DNA of 64,000 nucleotides, from NCBI RefSeq assembly GCF_036365525.1, contig NC_090404.1, positions 11,064,550 to 11,128,549 of the forward strand, given 5' to 3'. Positions 51,229 to 63,421 of the stretch are shown piece after piece. Each line of letters starts with the position of its first letter. Position 1 is the first letter of the stretch. The translations under genes were made by a program, and so were the position numbers. This stretch comes from Heterodontus francisci. Taxonomy: Eukaryota. Under the pieces are notes generated by a model. The model was not told the DNA's origin, searched no databases, and saw nothing but the letters and a program-made list of their open reading frames with translations.

Positions 51229-52216
51229 TAGAATACATAATACAATATATACAAAATCCATATATTCTGTTTGAGTTTACAGATAGGTAATTCGCAAAAC
51301 ATGTTCCATTAAGTTCTTGGCGAGACTTGGAGAGAAGGAAATGAGGATATATAAACTCCTTAGCATTCTCAGATTATTGCAATGCAGGAAGATAAATAAA
51401 TAAATAAATAAATAAAAGTAGATAGCTGAAAGAAAGCGATTTCATCAGTAAATAAGGACAATGCGACGCTGGTGTAGATATTTTCTGGGGTTTTTTCCGT
51501 AGGGACATTTTCCAAAGTTTCTAAAATGACGCGTTTATTTGGTCCAGAAGCAAATTGCTCCCGCCGTCGCCAACACAACAATCGTCTCTCAGTCTTTATT
51601 AAAGGATATTATGAACTGCTCCATGGATGTTCCATCCTACTGAATATTGCATTTACAATTTTAACTGCGCTACTTTAGAAAGCACCTTTCATGAGTTCAG
51701 GATGTCCCAAAGCACGTTATATCTTTCCGTCCAACATTGGAATACATTACTGTAGGGAAACACACCAGCCAATTACGCACATAACAGGATCCAACAAACA
51801 GCAATGTGACAATGAACAGATATTCTGATTTTAAGTATGGTTCAGGGCTCAATATTGGCCCACGACACCAGAGAGAATTCTCATGTTCTTCAAAACAATG
51901 CCATTGGATGTTTTATGTCCATCTGGAAGGTCAGACAAAGGCCTCGGTTTAACTTCTCATCCGGAGAATGAACCTACGACAGTGCAGTTTTCCCTGAAAT
52001 GTCAGCCGAGATTTTATGCTGAAATCTTTGGATTGAAATCTTGGATCCTCTTATTCGATATAGTGAAAAAGGAAATTCTGCAACTGCAGCACGTAACGAG
52101 CAGACAGGTTCTCCAGTCTGTAGCTCAACAGGCTAAGGGCCCGTTTTTACCCCTGAGGCCAAACATTCAATCAGAAAATGTATGATGTTTACACCGAAAG
52201 CAACACCTAAACTCAC

Positions 52217-52300
52217 CCACAGTTTGTCGCATCCTCTCGGTTCGTCAATCGAAGGCTCCATGCCCAGGGATCTTCTCTGGACAGTTCCACACCTCAGTTC
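52217..52300 (-). pseudogene. Connecting-peptide (hinge) exon with Cys; in-frame TGA
   Basis: TTCTGTTTAG acceptor, GTGAGT donor, 84 nt, phase 1-1: (G)TEVWNCPEKIPGHGAFD*RTERMRQTV; TGA at 52247-52245. Confidence 0.6.
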
Positions 52301-53029
52301 CTAAACAGAAATGCATAGAACATTCACTGCGAAATCAAAGAAAATATCAACATTCGCAAGAGCTACTGTGTCACCTGGATGTTCTTCAATGTTTTTCTCT
52401 CTAGTCCCAGGTTCCAGTATATAACCTAGGCTGACACATCGGTGCAGAACGGGGCCAAGTGCTGTATCATCCCTGCTGTTACCTTTTGGTAAGTTTAAAC
52501 CAGTCTCCTCAGGTGGGGAGAAAGAAGTATCTCGAGGAGTCGGGAGTTGCCCCGCTTTCCTGACCTGCATGGACACCTCACTCAATGCAATGAAGACAGG
52601 TCAACGGATTATGCAAGTAACCCGCCATTTGTGGATCCTGAAGTGTGAAACACAGGCTGCAACAGTTGCCTTCAAAACAGCAGCGAATTCATTTGAAAAG
52701 TTAACACGCTGTATAAACACTTCATTCTTTCCTTTATAGCCCTTTGGTCAAGGCCGATAGTGAAATTCATTTAACGCCTTTCATGATGATCCAAAGTGCC
52801 TTATAGTCATTGACTGACGTTTGTAGTCACTATTATAATGTGCACAGAACAAGATCCCACAAACACCAATGCCCAGATCACCTGCATTATAATGATTTTT
52901 GAGAGATGAATATCCCCCAGAACACGAGGGAGAACTCACTGGAGTTCTTTGCACCAGAGGTGGCAGCATTTCCTTGCAACTAAGAGCACAGATGGAGTAT
53001 CAGTTTAATGCCTCAACTGAATTTTTTAA

Positions 53030-53352
53030 ATTAGAGATACAGCACTGAAACAGGCCCTTCGGCCCACTGAGTCTGTGCCGACCATCAGCCATCCATTTAT
53101 ACTAATCCTACATTAATCCCACATCTCCACCTTCCCTCAATTCCCCTACCACCTACCAAAACTAGGAGCAATTTTTATAACGGCCAATTTACCTACCAAC
53201 CTGCAAGTCTTTGGCTGTGGGAGGAAACCGGAGCAGCCGGCGAAAACCCACGCGGTCACAGGGAGAACTTGCAAAGTCCGCACAGGCAGTACCCAGAATC
53301 GAACCCGGGTCGCTGGAGCTGTGAGGCTGCAGTGGTAACCACTGTGCCGCCT
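53030..53352 (-). mobile_element. HE1-like SINE nested in an older Deu-type SINE
   Basis: Similarity to other copies; box B GGGTTCGATTC. Confidence 0.85.
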
Positions 53353-53507
53353 CAAAACATGACATGGCCGACAAGGGAGCACTCTATCAGTGATGCATTG
53401 AGATCTTCACCTGGCTCATGTGATTAAGTCACTGGAGTGGGTCTCGAACTTACAAACGTCTGACCGACAAGCACCAGAGCTGCCCACTGTGCCAGGCTGC
53501 TACCTAC

Positions 53508-53876
53508 GTGGTGTTTCAAGCGCACACCAATGGTTCATGAGATCCATAAAACGCGGAAACTCATCTTTTCCATAAACTGTTTGCAGGATTATCTCGTCTG
53601 GCGCCGTGACGTGATCAACTTTGCAATCAATCACATCTCCGTGTCTCCATCGATCTATCGGTAGACAAACAGCCGCTGTGAATCTGCCGTTTCCCATATA
53701 CAGCGGGGGTGAAATCAACTTCCCGATTGCGGTGGACGAAGCCTTCATGGATATGTTAATTTCTGGTGGATAGAAATCCGTCACCAAGCAAACTGCGGCT
53801 GTGTCTCCTCCCACACTCAGAGCGCCACTTGGAGGGAGGAAGAGGTGCGTCTTTGGCCTGGAATGTTTGGTGAGCT
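53508..53876 (-). CDS. Ig C1-set constant-domain exon, TCR-delta/pre-T-alpha-like
   Basis: Acceptor ATCACAG; (E)LTKHSRPKTHLFLPPSGALSVGGDTAAVCLVTDFYPPEINISM...NGRFTAAV...IDCKVDH; lacks C-strand Trp as in TCR C-delta; expected donor at 53570 reads GAAAAG, in-frame phase-1 donor GTAGGT at 53507. Confidence 0.9.
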
Positions 53877-53969
53877 CTGTGATTGGAATGAAATAATGTC
53901 AATATCTGAGACAATATTAAAATAGAAATTGAAGGAAATGATGCTTCTAACTGCCTTTCGAAAACATAC

Positions 53970-54032
53970 ATCGACACGAGGAGTTTGCACAGGAGCCACC
54001 AATAATAGCGCCAACAATATATATGTTAGGCC
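53970..54032 (-). pseudogene. Signal-peptide-like exon directly upstream of the C1 exon
   Basis: GLTYILLALLLVAPVQTPRVD then donor GTATGT; 93-nt intron; TAG where ATG is expected; phase 0 versus phase-1 acceptor. Confidence 0.5.
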
Positions 54033-56339
54033 CTACTATTGGGTGGATATTATTTACAACTGGACTGTTATTGGTGGAATAAACAAGGAAGGTAAATGAT
54101 TAGGACGTTTGCAAAACGAGTGGTGCAAGTCAGTGATATCTGAAGGAACTGAAGAGTGAAGGAACAGAGAAGCACTTTTGTTCCCGACGCATAGATGGTT
54201 ACAGGAGCTTTAGAAAAGCAAGAACAAGTGCAAAGGACGATTTTATTACGACAAATTGGAATCTGACCTTACATGGCTTAATTCTAATTACAGGATTGAA
54301 TTCTATTGAGTTTAGAAGGTTGAGGTGTGATATAATGGAGATTCAGAGTCGATAGAAAGACAACATTACCACTGGTGGGAGAATGCAGAACAAAGGTGCA
54401 CAATCGTAAAATTATAGCTGGGCCGCTGGAGAGTGAAGTCAGAAAGATTTCTTTTCTGATACAAAGAATGCTCTAAATCATGTAAGTAGAGAAATATACA
54501 TCACAGATCGAGACCATTCGGTTCATCATGTCTTTGCCCGCTCTTTGACAGAGATATCTATTTAGACCAGATCCCCATGGTAATGCATTTTCCCCACGAG
54601 TATTTATCCAATTCACCTTTCATACTGAATGTGATTCCACCATCCTTTCAGGCAGTGCATTCCAGATCATATAGACTTGCTGCATGAAAACTGAATCGAT
54701 TTGTCCGCCCTTGTTCTTTTGCTAATGACGTTAAACCAGTGTTCTCTGGTTATCAATCCTTTTGCCACTGGAATCAGTTTCTCCTTTTTTAACATACGTT
54801 ATCAAATCGGTTCATAATGGTGAACGGTTCCATCTAAACTCCTCTTAACCTTCTCTGCTCCAAAAAAAGCAAAACTACCTTCATCAGTGCCTCCACTGAA
54901 ACCCTTCTTTCCTGACACCATTCCAGTAAATACCGTTTCCATCCTTTCTAAGGCCTTGACATCCTTCCTATAGTCGATGCTTCTAAAGCTCTTCTCGCAG
55001 TCAGCACACCTAACGGCGTGGGGCCCAGAATTGAGCACAATACTCCAGCGCATGATAAAGGTTTAGCATACCTTCATTGTTTTTTGTTCTCTATGTTTCC
55101 AATAATAAGGGTAAGGATTCTGTATGCGTTTTACCAGCCTTTTCAACTTGTCCTGCCATCTGCAAAGTTTTATATACAAACAATTTTGTCATTTAAAGCA
55201 TAGTGTCTCACTCTTCCTACCAAGTTGTATCATTTCACACTTCTCTGGAGCTTTCTCCTGCAAAATGGCCGAGGATCCTTAGGATCAATTGAAATTGTCA
55301 ATCTGATATCAAGGTTTTTCTGTTTGTTTGATAACAGTATTAAGAGGGTCCAATTGAGTGATGGAAGAGCAATAATTTGGTGGACAAGGCCTGATGGACT
55401 TAACCCCATAAATCACAAAAAAAGATGCCAGAAAAATTCTGTTGTTTCTTGTTCGGCCTAAGATTCTGGGTATTATTTGACACTCGTTTTGAATTGTACA
55501 GTTGTACAGAGACCGCGTGTATTCTGTTCTCAGTGCGACGCTCAGTTGTTAAACTCGCTTTATGTTAGCTTTTAAAATCACAGTCTGATATAATACAGCA
55601 CATTGCTGATTAAATTTCCATTCACAAGGCAGGCACAGCACAGTTTAGGTGTCGGACGCAGACACAACGGGAAGCGCAAAGCCTGGGAGTGATTCCTGGA
55701 GCCTGGGGCCTATGTGACACAGAGACACGAACACACACAAAACCTGGGGCCCAGGGACACACCACAAAGCGCAAACGCTGGGCTTTATTCCCATCGACTG
55801 GGGTTGATCTGACACATCAAGGGTCCCTGGGAAGGATTTGACGTTGTAACTCTGCCCGGAACTTCTGCTTTAAACACAAACATTCTATCTCCATCTTTTC
55901 TGTTGCCCCCATTAACTCTGGCCATCTGTCACCTGTTTCGCTGACGACCTTTCACTCTGCTCTGCTCCATTCCCTCTGATATTATTTCCTACAACACCCT
56001 GAACATCACCCCAGGGTTCCTCTCTCCCTGCTCCATTCTCTCGGATACCCTCTCACTGAACTCACTGATCATCACCCAGGGATCCTCTCTCTTTGCCCCA
56101 TCTCCCTAAAAATGCTCAGGGGTCCGCGAGTGACCACCACCAGCCCCCCAACCCTCCCCTCCCGCCTCATATCTAAGGCCTCCCTCCCTCTAATCTCATT
56201 CACCGTGTCTTTGATTTCCCCCGCGCTCGGGTGGCTCAGACGATGCGAGATCACTTTAAAAGGCAAAAGTTCACTCCCGCCACCAGGGTTACAGTCCTGG
56301 GTCACGAGGCCCAGTTATGCACAAACTGAACCTCGTTAT

Positions 56340-56470
56340 CGCTGAGCTGAGGATAGTGACGCCCCTTGACCCGGAATGAATGGGAGAAACAGCCAATCGC
56401 GGCGCTGTGACGTAGAAAGGATTGTGACGTCGCCCACGATAGGGCAAACCGGTGGCCATCTTTGTGTTGT
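56340..56470. promoter_or_regulatory. CpG-rich promoter-like element
   Basis: CCGGAA (ETS), AGCCAATC (NF-Y), two GTGACGT (CRE half-sites), GCCATCTTT (YY1) within about 130 bp. Confidence 0.55.
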
Positions 56471-56907
56471 GGAACACACAGCAAATATAACCAGTTTATT
56501 TCGATAAAATACCTTTACTGAATGGAAAAGTCACTTTCAGTTTTCATAAAAAAAAACCCTCAATGTAAAAGGATAAGCGCGGAAGTTGGGTGCGAGTGAA
56601 AATTTTAAATAGTTGTTCTTAAAGCTTTGGAGTGATGCACATGTGCTGCAAATTCTCCCAGAGGTCCCGTACCACAGAATGGGGCCTTTCCTAGCCGCTC
56701 TGCATTGTGGGAGCTTCAACCCTCAATGGTCCTGTCGTAACTGAGTGAATCTCAGTTAATCTGTGAATACTCAGTGAATCTGAGTAAAAAAAACAGAAAG
56801 TGCTGGAAATACTCAGCAAGTCAGGCAGCATCTGTGGAGAGAAACACTGAGTTAACGTTTCAGGTCTGTGAACTTTATCCTCCTCCCAGGCGGGACCTGC
56901 CTGGGCC

Positions 56908-59900
56908 ATAGAGTCATCGAGGCATACATCGGTCCATCGTGTCTGTGCCGGCCATCAAGCACCTACTTATTCTAGTCCCATTTTCCAGCACTTGGCCCGT
57001 AGCCTTGTATGCTATGGGTTTCAGGTGCTAATCTAAATACTTCTTAAATGTTGTGATGGTTCCTGCCTCTACCACCTCTTCGTTCCAGATTCCAACCACC
57101 CTCTGGGTGAAATCTTTGTTCCTCAAAACCCTCTAAACCTCCTGCTCCTTAACTCAAATCTATGCCCCCTGGTTATTGACCCCTCCGCTAAGGAAAAAGT
57201 TTCTTCCTATCTAATCTATCAATGCCCCTCATAATTTTGTACACCTCAATCATGTCCCCCCTTAGCCTTCTCTGCTCCAAGGAAACAACCCTCGCCTTTT
57301 CAGTCTCTCTTCATAGCTGAAACGCTCCAGCCCAGGCAACATCCTGGTGCATTTACTCTGCACCCTCTCCAGTGCAATCTCATCCTTCCTATAGTGTGGT
57401 GCCCAGAACAGTACACAGTGCTCCAGCTGTGGTCTAACTAGCGTTTTATACAGCTCCATCAAAACTTCTCAGCTCTTATATTCTATGCCTTGGCTAATAA
57501 AGGCAAGTATCACATATGCCTTCCTAACCACCTTATCAACCTATGCTGCTGCCTTCAGTAATCTATGGACATGTACACCAAGGTCCCTCTGACCCTTTGT
57601 ACTTCCTAGGGTCCGACCATCCAATGTATATTCCCTTGCCTTGTTAGTCCTCCCAAAATGTATCACTCCACACTTCTCAGGATTAAATTCCATTTGCCGC
57701 TGCTCCGCCCATCTTATCAGCCCATCGATATCGTCTTGTAATCTATGGCTTTCCTCCTCACTATTTATGACACCACCACTTTTCACGTCATCTGCGAACT
57801 TACTGAACATACCCCCTACATTCACGTCTAAATCATTAATGTACACAACAAACAGCAAGGGTCCCAGCACCGATTCCTGTGGTACACCACTGATCACAGA
57901 CTTCCACTCGCAGAAACAACTCTCGACCATCACCCTCTGCCTCCTGCCACTAAGCCAATTTTGGATCCAACTTGCCAAATTGCCCTGGATCCCATGGACT
58001 CTTACCTTCTTAACCAATCTCCCATGCGAGACCGTAACAATAGCCTTACTGAAGTCCATGTAGACTGCATCAACTGCTTTACCTTCATCTACATATCTAG
58101 TCACCTCCTCGAAAAATACAATCAATTTACTTAGACACGATCTCTCCCTGACAAAGCCATGCTGACTATCCCTGATTAATCCCTGACTCTCCAAGTGGAG
58201 ATTACTTCTGCCCCTCAGAATTTTTTCCAATAGTTTCCCAACCACTGATGTTAGACTCACTGGCCTGTCATTACCTGGTTTATCCCTGCTACCCTTCTTG
58301 AATAAAGGTACCACATTCACTGTCCTCCAGTCCTCTGGTACTTCTCATGTGACCCGAGAGGATCTGAAAATTTGTGTCAGAGCCCCCTGTGATCACCTCC
58401 CTTGCCTCACATAATAGCCTGGGATACATCTAATCTGAGCCTGGGGATTTATCCACTTTTGAGCCCACTAAAACTGCTGATACCTCCTCCCTTTCAATAC
58501 TAATATATTCAAGTATATCGCAATCCCCCTCCCTGATCTCTACACCTACATCGTCCTTCTCCAAAGTGAACATAGATGAAAAGTAATCATTTAAAACCTC
58601 CCTGTATCCTCCAGCTCCACACACAGATTGCCACTTTGGTCCCTAATGGGCCCTACTCTTTCCCTGGTTATCCTCTTGCCCTTAATATACTTATAAAATG
58701 CCTTAGGAGTTTCCTTTATCTTGCCCACCAGTGTTTTTTCATGTCCCCTCCTCGCTCTCCTAATTACTTTTTAAAGTACTCCCCTACAATTTCTACACTC
58801 CTCTGGGGCCTCTGCTGTTTTCAGCGCTCTGAATCTGACATAAGCCTCCTTTTTTCCCAAATCCTTTATATCCCTTGACATCCAGGCTTCCCTGGACTTG
58901 TTGGTCGTACCCTTCACCTTAACGGGTACATTTTGGCTTCAAACTCTCACTATTTCCTCTTTGAATAACTCCCACTGGTCTGATGTAGACTTTCCTACAA
59001 GTAGCTGCTCCCAGTCCACTTTGGCCAGATCCTGTTTTATCATATTGAAATCGGCCTTCCCCCAATTCAGTACCTTTATTTCCGGTCCGTCTTTGTCCTT
59101 TTCCATAACTACCTTAAATCCTACCGAGTTATGGTCACTATGCCCGAAATGCTCCCCCACTGATGCTTCTACCACTTGTCCAGCTTCATTCTTATTTATT
59201 TAAAAAAAATTATTTAGAGACACAGCACTGAATCAGGCCTTTCGGCCCATCTGTGCCGACCAACAACTACCCATTTATACTAATCTTACATTAATCCCAT
59301 ATTCCCTACCACATCCTCACCATTCTCCTACCACCTACCTACACTAGGGGCAATTCACAATGGCTAATTTACCTATCAACCTGCAAGTCTTAGGCTGTGG
59401 GAGAAAACCGGAGCACCCGGTGGAAACCCACGTGGTCACAGGGAGAACTTACGAACTCTGCAAGGGCAATACCCAGAACTAAACCCGGGTTGCTGGAGTT
59501 ATGAGGCTGCAGTGCTAACCACTGCGCCACCCATTCCCTAGGGTTAGGTCCAGTACTGCCCCTTCTCTTGTAGGACTTTCTACGTGCTGGCTCAACAAGC
59601 TCTCCCGAATGCACTTTAGGAATTACACCCCATTTAAGCCTTTTGTACTAAGACTATCCCAGTTGATATTGGAGAAATTGAAATCCCCTACTATTATTAC
59701 CCTATTATTTTACAGCTCTCTGAGATTTGCCGACATTTCTGCTCCACTATCTCTCCCTGACTGTTTGGAGGCCTGTAGTACACTCCCAGCCAAGTGATTT
59801 CCCCCTTTTTGTTTTTAAGTTCTACCCATATGGCTTCCTTTGAAGAACCTTCTGAGATATCATCCCTCCTTACTGCAGTAATTGACTCCTTGATCAACAG

Positions 59901-61020
59901 TGCAATACCACCTCCTCTTCTATTCCTTCCCCTTTTACGCCTGAGGATTCTATACCCTGGAATATTGAGCTGCCAGTCCTGCCCTTTCCTCAACCTTGTC
60001 TCTGTGATAACAATAATATCATATTCCCATGTGCTAATCAATGCCCTCAATTCATCTGCTTTACTAGTGAAACTCCTTGAATTAAAATAGATGCAATCCA
60101 GACTTGCATTTTTCACTTGTGCCTTAACAGGCCTATATTTGCTCTGCCTTCCAGACTGACTCTATTTTACTTCTATATTTGACTGTGCATCACCCCTTAC
60201 TGTACCTCCACTCTGTATCCCATCCCTCTGCCAAATTAGTTTAACTTCCCCACCCCCACCCCCACCCCGCATCCAACAGCACTAGCAAACCTCCCAGCAA
60301 GGATGTTGGTCCCATTCTGGTTCAGGTGCAACCCGTCCAACTTGTACAGGTCCCACCTTTGCCAGAAACGGTCCCAGTGATCGAGGAAACTAAAGCCCTC
60401 CCTCCTGCACCATCTCCTCAGCCACGTATTCATCTGCTCTATCCTCCTATTCCTATAATCACTAGCACGTGGCAGGGGGAGTAATCCAGAGAATACAATC
60501 TTTGAGCTCCTGCTTTTTAATCTGCTACGTATCTCCCTAAATTCTTGTTGCAAGACCTCATCCCTCTTTCTACTTGTGTCGCTGGTACCAATGTGAACCA
60601 CAACCTCTGACTGTTCACCCTTCCCCTTCAGAATGTCCTGCAGCCACTCCATGACCTCCTTGGCCCTAGCACCAGGGAGGCAACATACCATCCTGGAGTC
60701 ACATTTGTGGCCACAGAAACGCCTATCTGTACCCCTTACGATAGAATCCCCTATCACTATTGGTCTTCCACTCCTTTACCTCCCCTCCTGTGCAGCTGAG
60801 CCACCCGTGGTGCCATAGACTTGGCTCTTGCTGCATTTTCCTGACAAGCGATCTCCCCCAACAGTATCCAAAGTGGAAAATCTGTTAGAAAGGGAGATGG
60901 ACCCAGGGGACTCCTGCAGCACCTGCCGAGTTCTTCTACTCTGCCTGGCGGTCATCCATTGCCTTTCTGTCTGAGCAGTCTTTACCTGCGGTGTCACCAC
61001 CTCCCTGTACATGCTGTCCA
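56908..61020 (-). mobile_element. Near full-length CR1 LINE (ORF1 SGNH esterase + decayed ORF2)
   Basis: ORF 60236-60757 GDS...DGLHLN; APE 59697-60116; RT 57541-58320. Confidence 0.95.
59205..59531 (-). mobile_element. HE1-like SINE inserted in CR1
   Basis: Similarity to other copies; CR1 resumes on both sides. Confidence 0.85.
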
Positions 61021-61492
61021 CGTGCTATCCGGGTTGCTGGGCCCGAAAGACTGCGCATGCCCTGTTGAGCGGAGAATCTCTGATTGGAGAATGAATTCAG
61101 GAAAGCGCAGGACGTGTTCATCAACGAAATCGGGAAAGATGGATTCAAACAAAGAAAAAGAATGAAACTTTACTGGTCCTTGTGGAAACCGGTGGACAAT
61201 AAATTTAACTTATACAGTGATGCATTTTTATGGAAAGAATCATAGGATGTACACAGAAGGAAGTGAAAATGTGGAGTAAATGAAGAATTAATTTTATGGA
61301 GGAATCGAATAGGAGATTAGAAAAGAGCAATGCTTGAGGGATGTGAGTAGGAAAAGGAAAGTGCAAACGTGATCAGTTTAGTTAAGTTTTATTTTCTGCA
61401 CGGTACAATTATTGAAATTAATTGAAATTGAATATGTATACACTTTTCCCGTGCTCTGTATCAGTGTGTGTCTGTAATCTCCACCGTGTTCA

Positions 61493-61531
61493 GGTTTTTG
61501 TACAGCTCTCTCCGTGTTCTGTATCACTGTG
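61493..61531 (-). other. Canonical 23-RSS
   Basis: Minus strand CACAGTG + 23 nt + ACAAAAACC. Confidence 0.97.
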
Positions 61532-61837
61532 CTGTGCGCCGACTCAGTGCACAGTAATACACAGCTGAGTCGCTCAGTTGTAGTTTGGAGATGTTTAACC
61601 GGCTGATTTTCTCGGCAGGATCGATAGATGCAGAAATTCGTCCCCCGGCTGTGTTTTCTTCATTCTGGTCTCCTGAAGTGTGTCTCTGAAGTAGGTATTT
61701 CGGAGCCTGCCCTGGGGACTGACGGTACCAGTGTACTGTGTACTGACAGAACCCAAAATATTCACAGCTTAAAGTAACCGTGTCACCGGCAGCAGAGGTT
61801 TGTAAAGGCGGATTCTGGGACACCATTGAACTAGAAT
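61532..61837 (-). CDS. TCR V-delta segment of the NAR-TCR supporting type (leaderless, CDR1 Cys)
   Basis: Acceptor TTTCATCCTACAG, phase 1; (D)SSSMVSQNPP...VTLSCEYFGFCQYTVHWYRQSPGQAPKYLL...DSAVYYCAL; extra Cys in CDR1; no hydrophobic leader exon seen upstream. Confidence 0.88.
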
Positions 61838-63179
61838 CTGTAGGATGAAAATGTGATATTATTATGTCTTTAGCTGCTGTTTACCCTGGGAGACCTGTCA
61901 ATCACGGCCATAGCTCCGCATTCCGCGATAATGCTGTTCTTTATTTGAAGCTCGTTCGAACTTTATTCACTTTAATTGGGAAATGAACAAACTAGGAGCT
62001 GCGAAGAAATTTATTTACAAAGCGAATTGTTATGATCCGGAATGCACTGCCTGAAAAGACGGTGGAAAAAGATTCAGTAATAGCTTTCAACAGGGAATTG
62101 GTTAGATAACGGAGAAGGAAGAATTGTCTTTAGGGAAAGAGCAGAGCAAGTGGAACTAACTGAATAGCTCTATCACAGAACCAGCACAGACAAGATGAAA
62201 GGAATGATTTCATTCTACGTTGCACGACTCTATAATTTCAATTAAATTTCTGTTTCTATTTTCTTGGTGAAAGACATACCACAGAAACATTTTAATGGTC
62301 TATTCTGCTCCCGGAGCCAATCACCTTCCCGCAATGTTTGACCAGGTGTAACCCAGCTGTGTTATGTTTAACTGAGCATGGAAAGTTCCAACAGGAAGCA
62401 GTGAGATTCATGAGCACAATTGGGCCAAGTGACGCTTAACATCTGTGTGTTGAAGATCAGAGTTTAACTGCAGTTTCACCCTTCAAGGGAGCTCCTGCCT
62501 GTCTCAACATCTATTTGTTTATTTTTCTCTAACAAGGGGCCTGTTTTGTTCCATTTCAATTTAATCTCAGATTTCTATGGGCACAGCATTTTATTTCGAC
62601 ATCTGGAATGTTCATTTTGTGACTGGTTTTGGATCTTGGCAACATGCGAACTTGTCCCAAAGTCTCTCAGTTGTCAGTTGGGTTCAGTCTGTGCAGTTTC
62701 CGCAATGGTTTTACTGTTACTCACTGGAAACTGGCACTTCTGGCTCTCTGACAATTTCAATTCCTTCAGCCCATTGGCTCACATCTACCCTGTTCGCAAA
62801 GCGGAGTCTCTCTAAGTTTAATATTGTGCAGAATCTGCAGAGCCGGATTTTACACACCACACGAGCTACTTCCCACTGTAATAACCTCTTACAATCCTGA
62901 CCTCTTTGTCCCTTTATTCCTTTCCTCCTCGGTATTTTTCAAGCCTTTCCTAAAGTGCATCAATCACATATTCTCCAACTACACCCTGTGGCAGCGAGTT
63001 CCACTCTGTGTAAACAAAGTCTTCCTAATGTCTTTATTTGTTCTGTCGGTGACTATCTTATATTTATGGCTCTTTGTTCTGGATTCGCGGACAAGTGAAA
63101 ACATTTTCTACACGTGTACCCTAGGGAACAACTTTAGCATTTTAATTGAGTCCACCAGGTCTCCTTGTTGTTTATTTAT

Positions 63180-63421
63180 TTATTTATTTATATTTAGAGA
63201 TACAGCACTGAAACAGGCCCTTCGGCCCACCGAGTCTGTGCCGACCAACAACCACCCATTTATACTAATCCTACATTAATCCCATATTCCCTACCACATC
63301 CCCACAACCTACCTACACTAGGGGCAATTTACAATGGCCAATTTACCTAACAACCTGCAAGTCTTTGGCTGTGGGAGGAAACCGGAGCACCCAGTGGAAA
63401 CCCACGCGCCACTGTGCTGCC
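63180..63421 (-). mobile_element. HE1-like SINE with internal deletion
   Basis: Tail and V-domain present, most of the tRNA-like head deleted. Confidence 0.8.

Noticed and set aside
51369-51581. TM-like ORF as an exon of the C gene
   Set aside because: Hydrophobic part comes from a (TTTA)n microsatellite; the real TCR-type TM exon is at 50656-50756.
55660-55745. 12-RSS-like CACAGAG-12-ACAAAACCT in the orientation needed for a minus-strand D/J
   Set aside because: Lies in CA-rich low-complexity sequence; adjacent sequence has no FGxG motif, donor or second RSS.
62275-62335. J-like IGSGSRI on the minus strand near a GTATGT donor (candidate NAR-TCR J)
   Set aside because: In-frame stop before the donor and no nonamer at 12 or 23 spacing.
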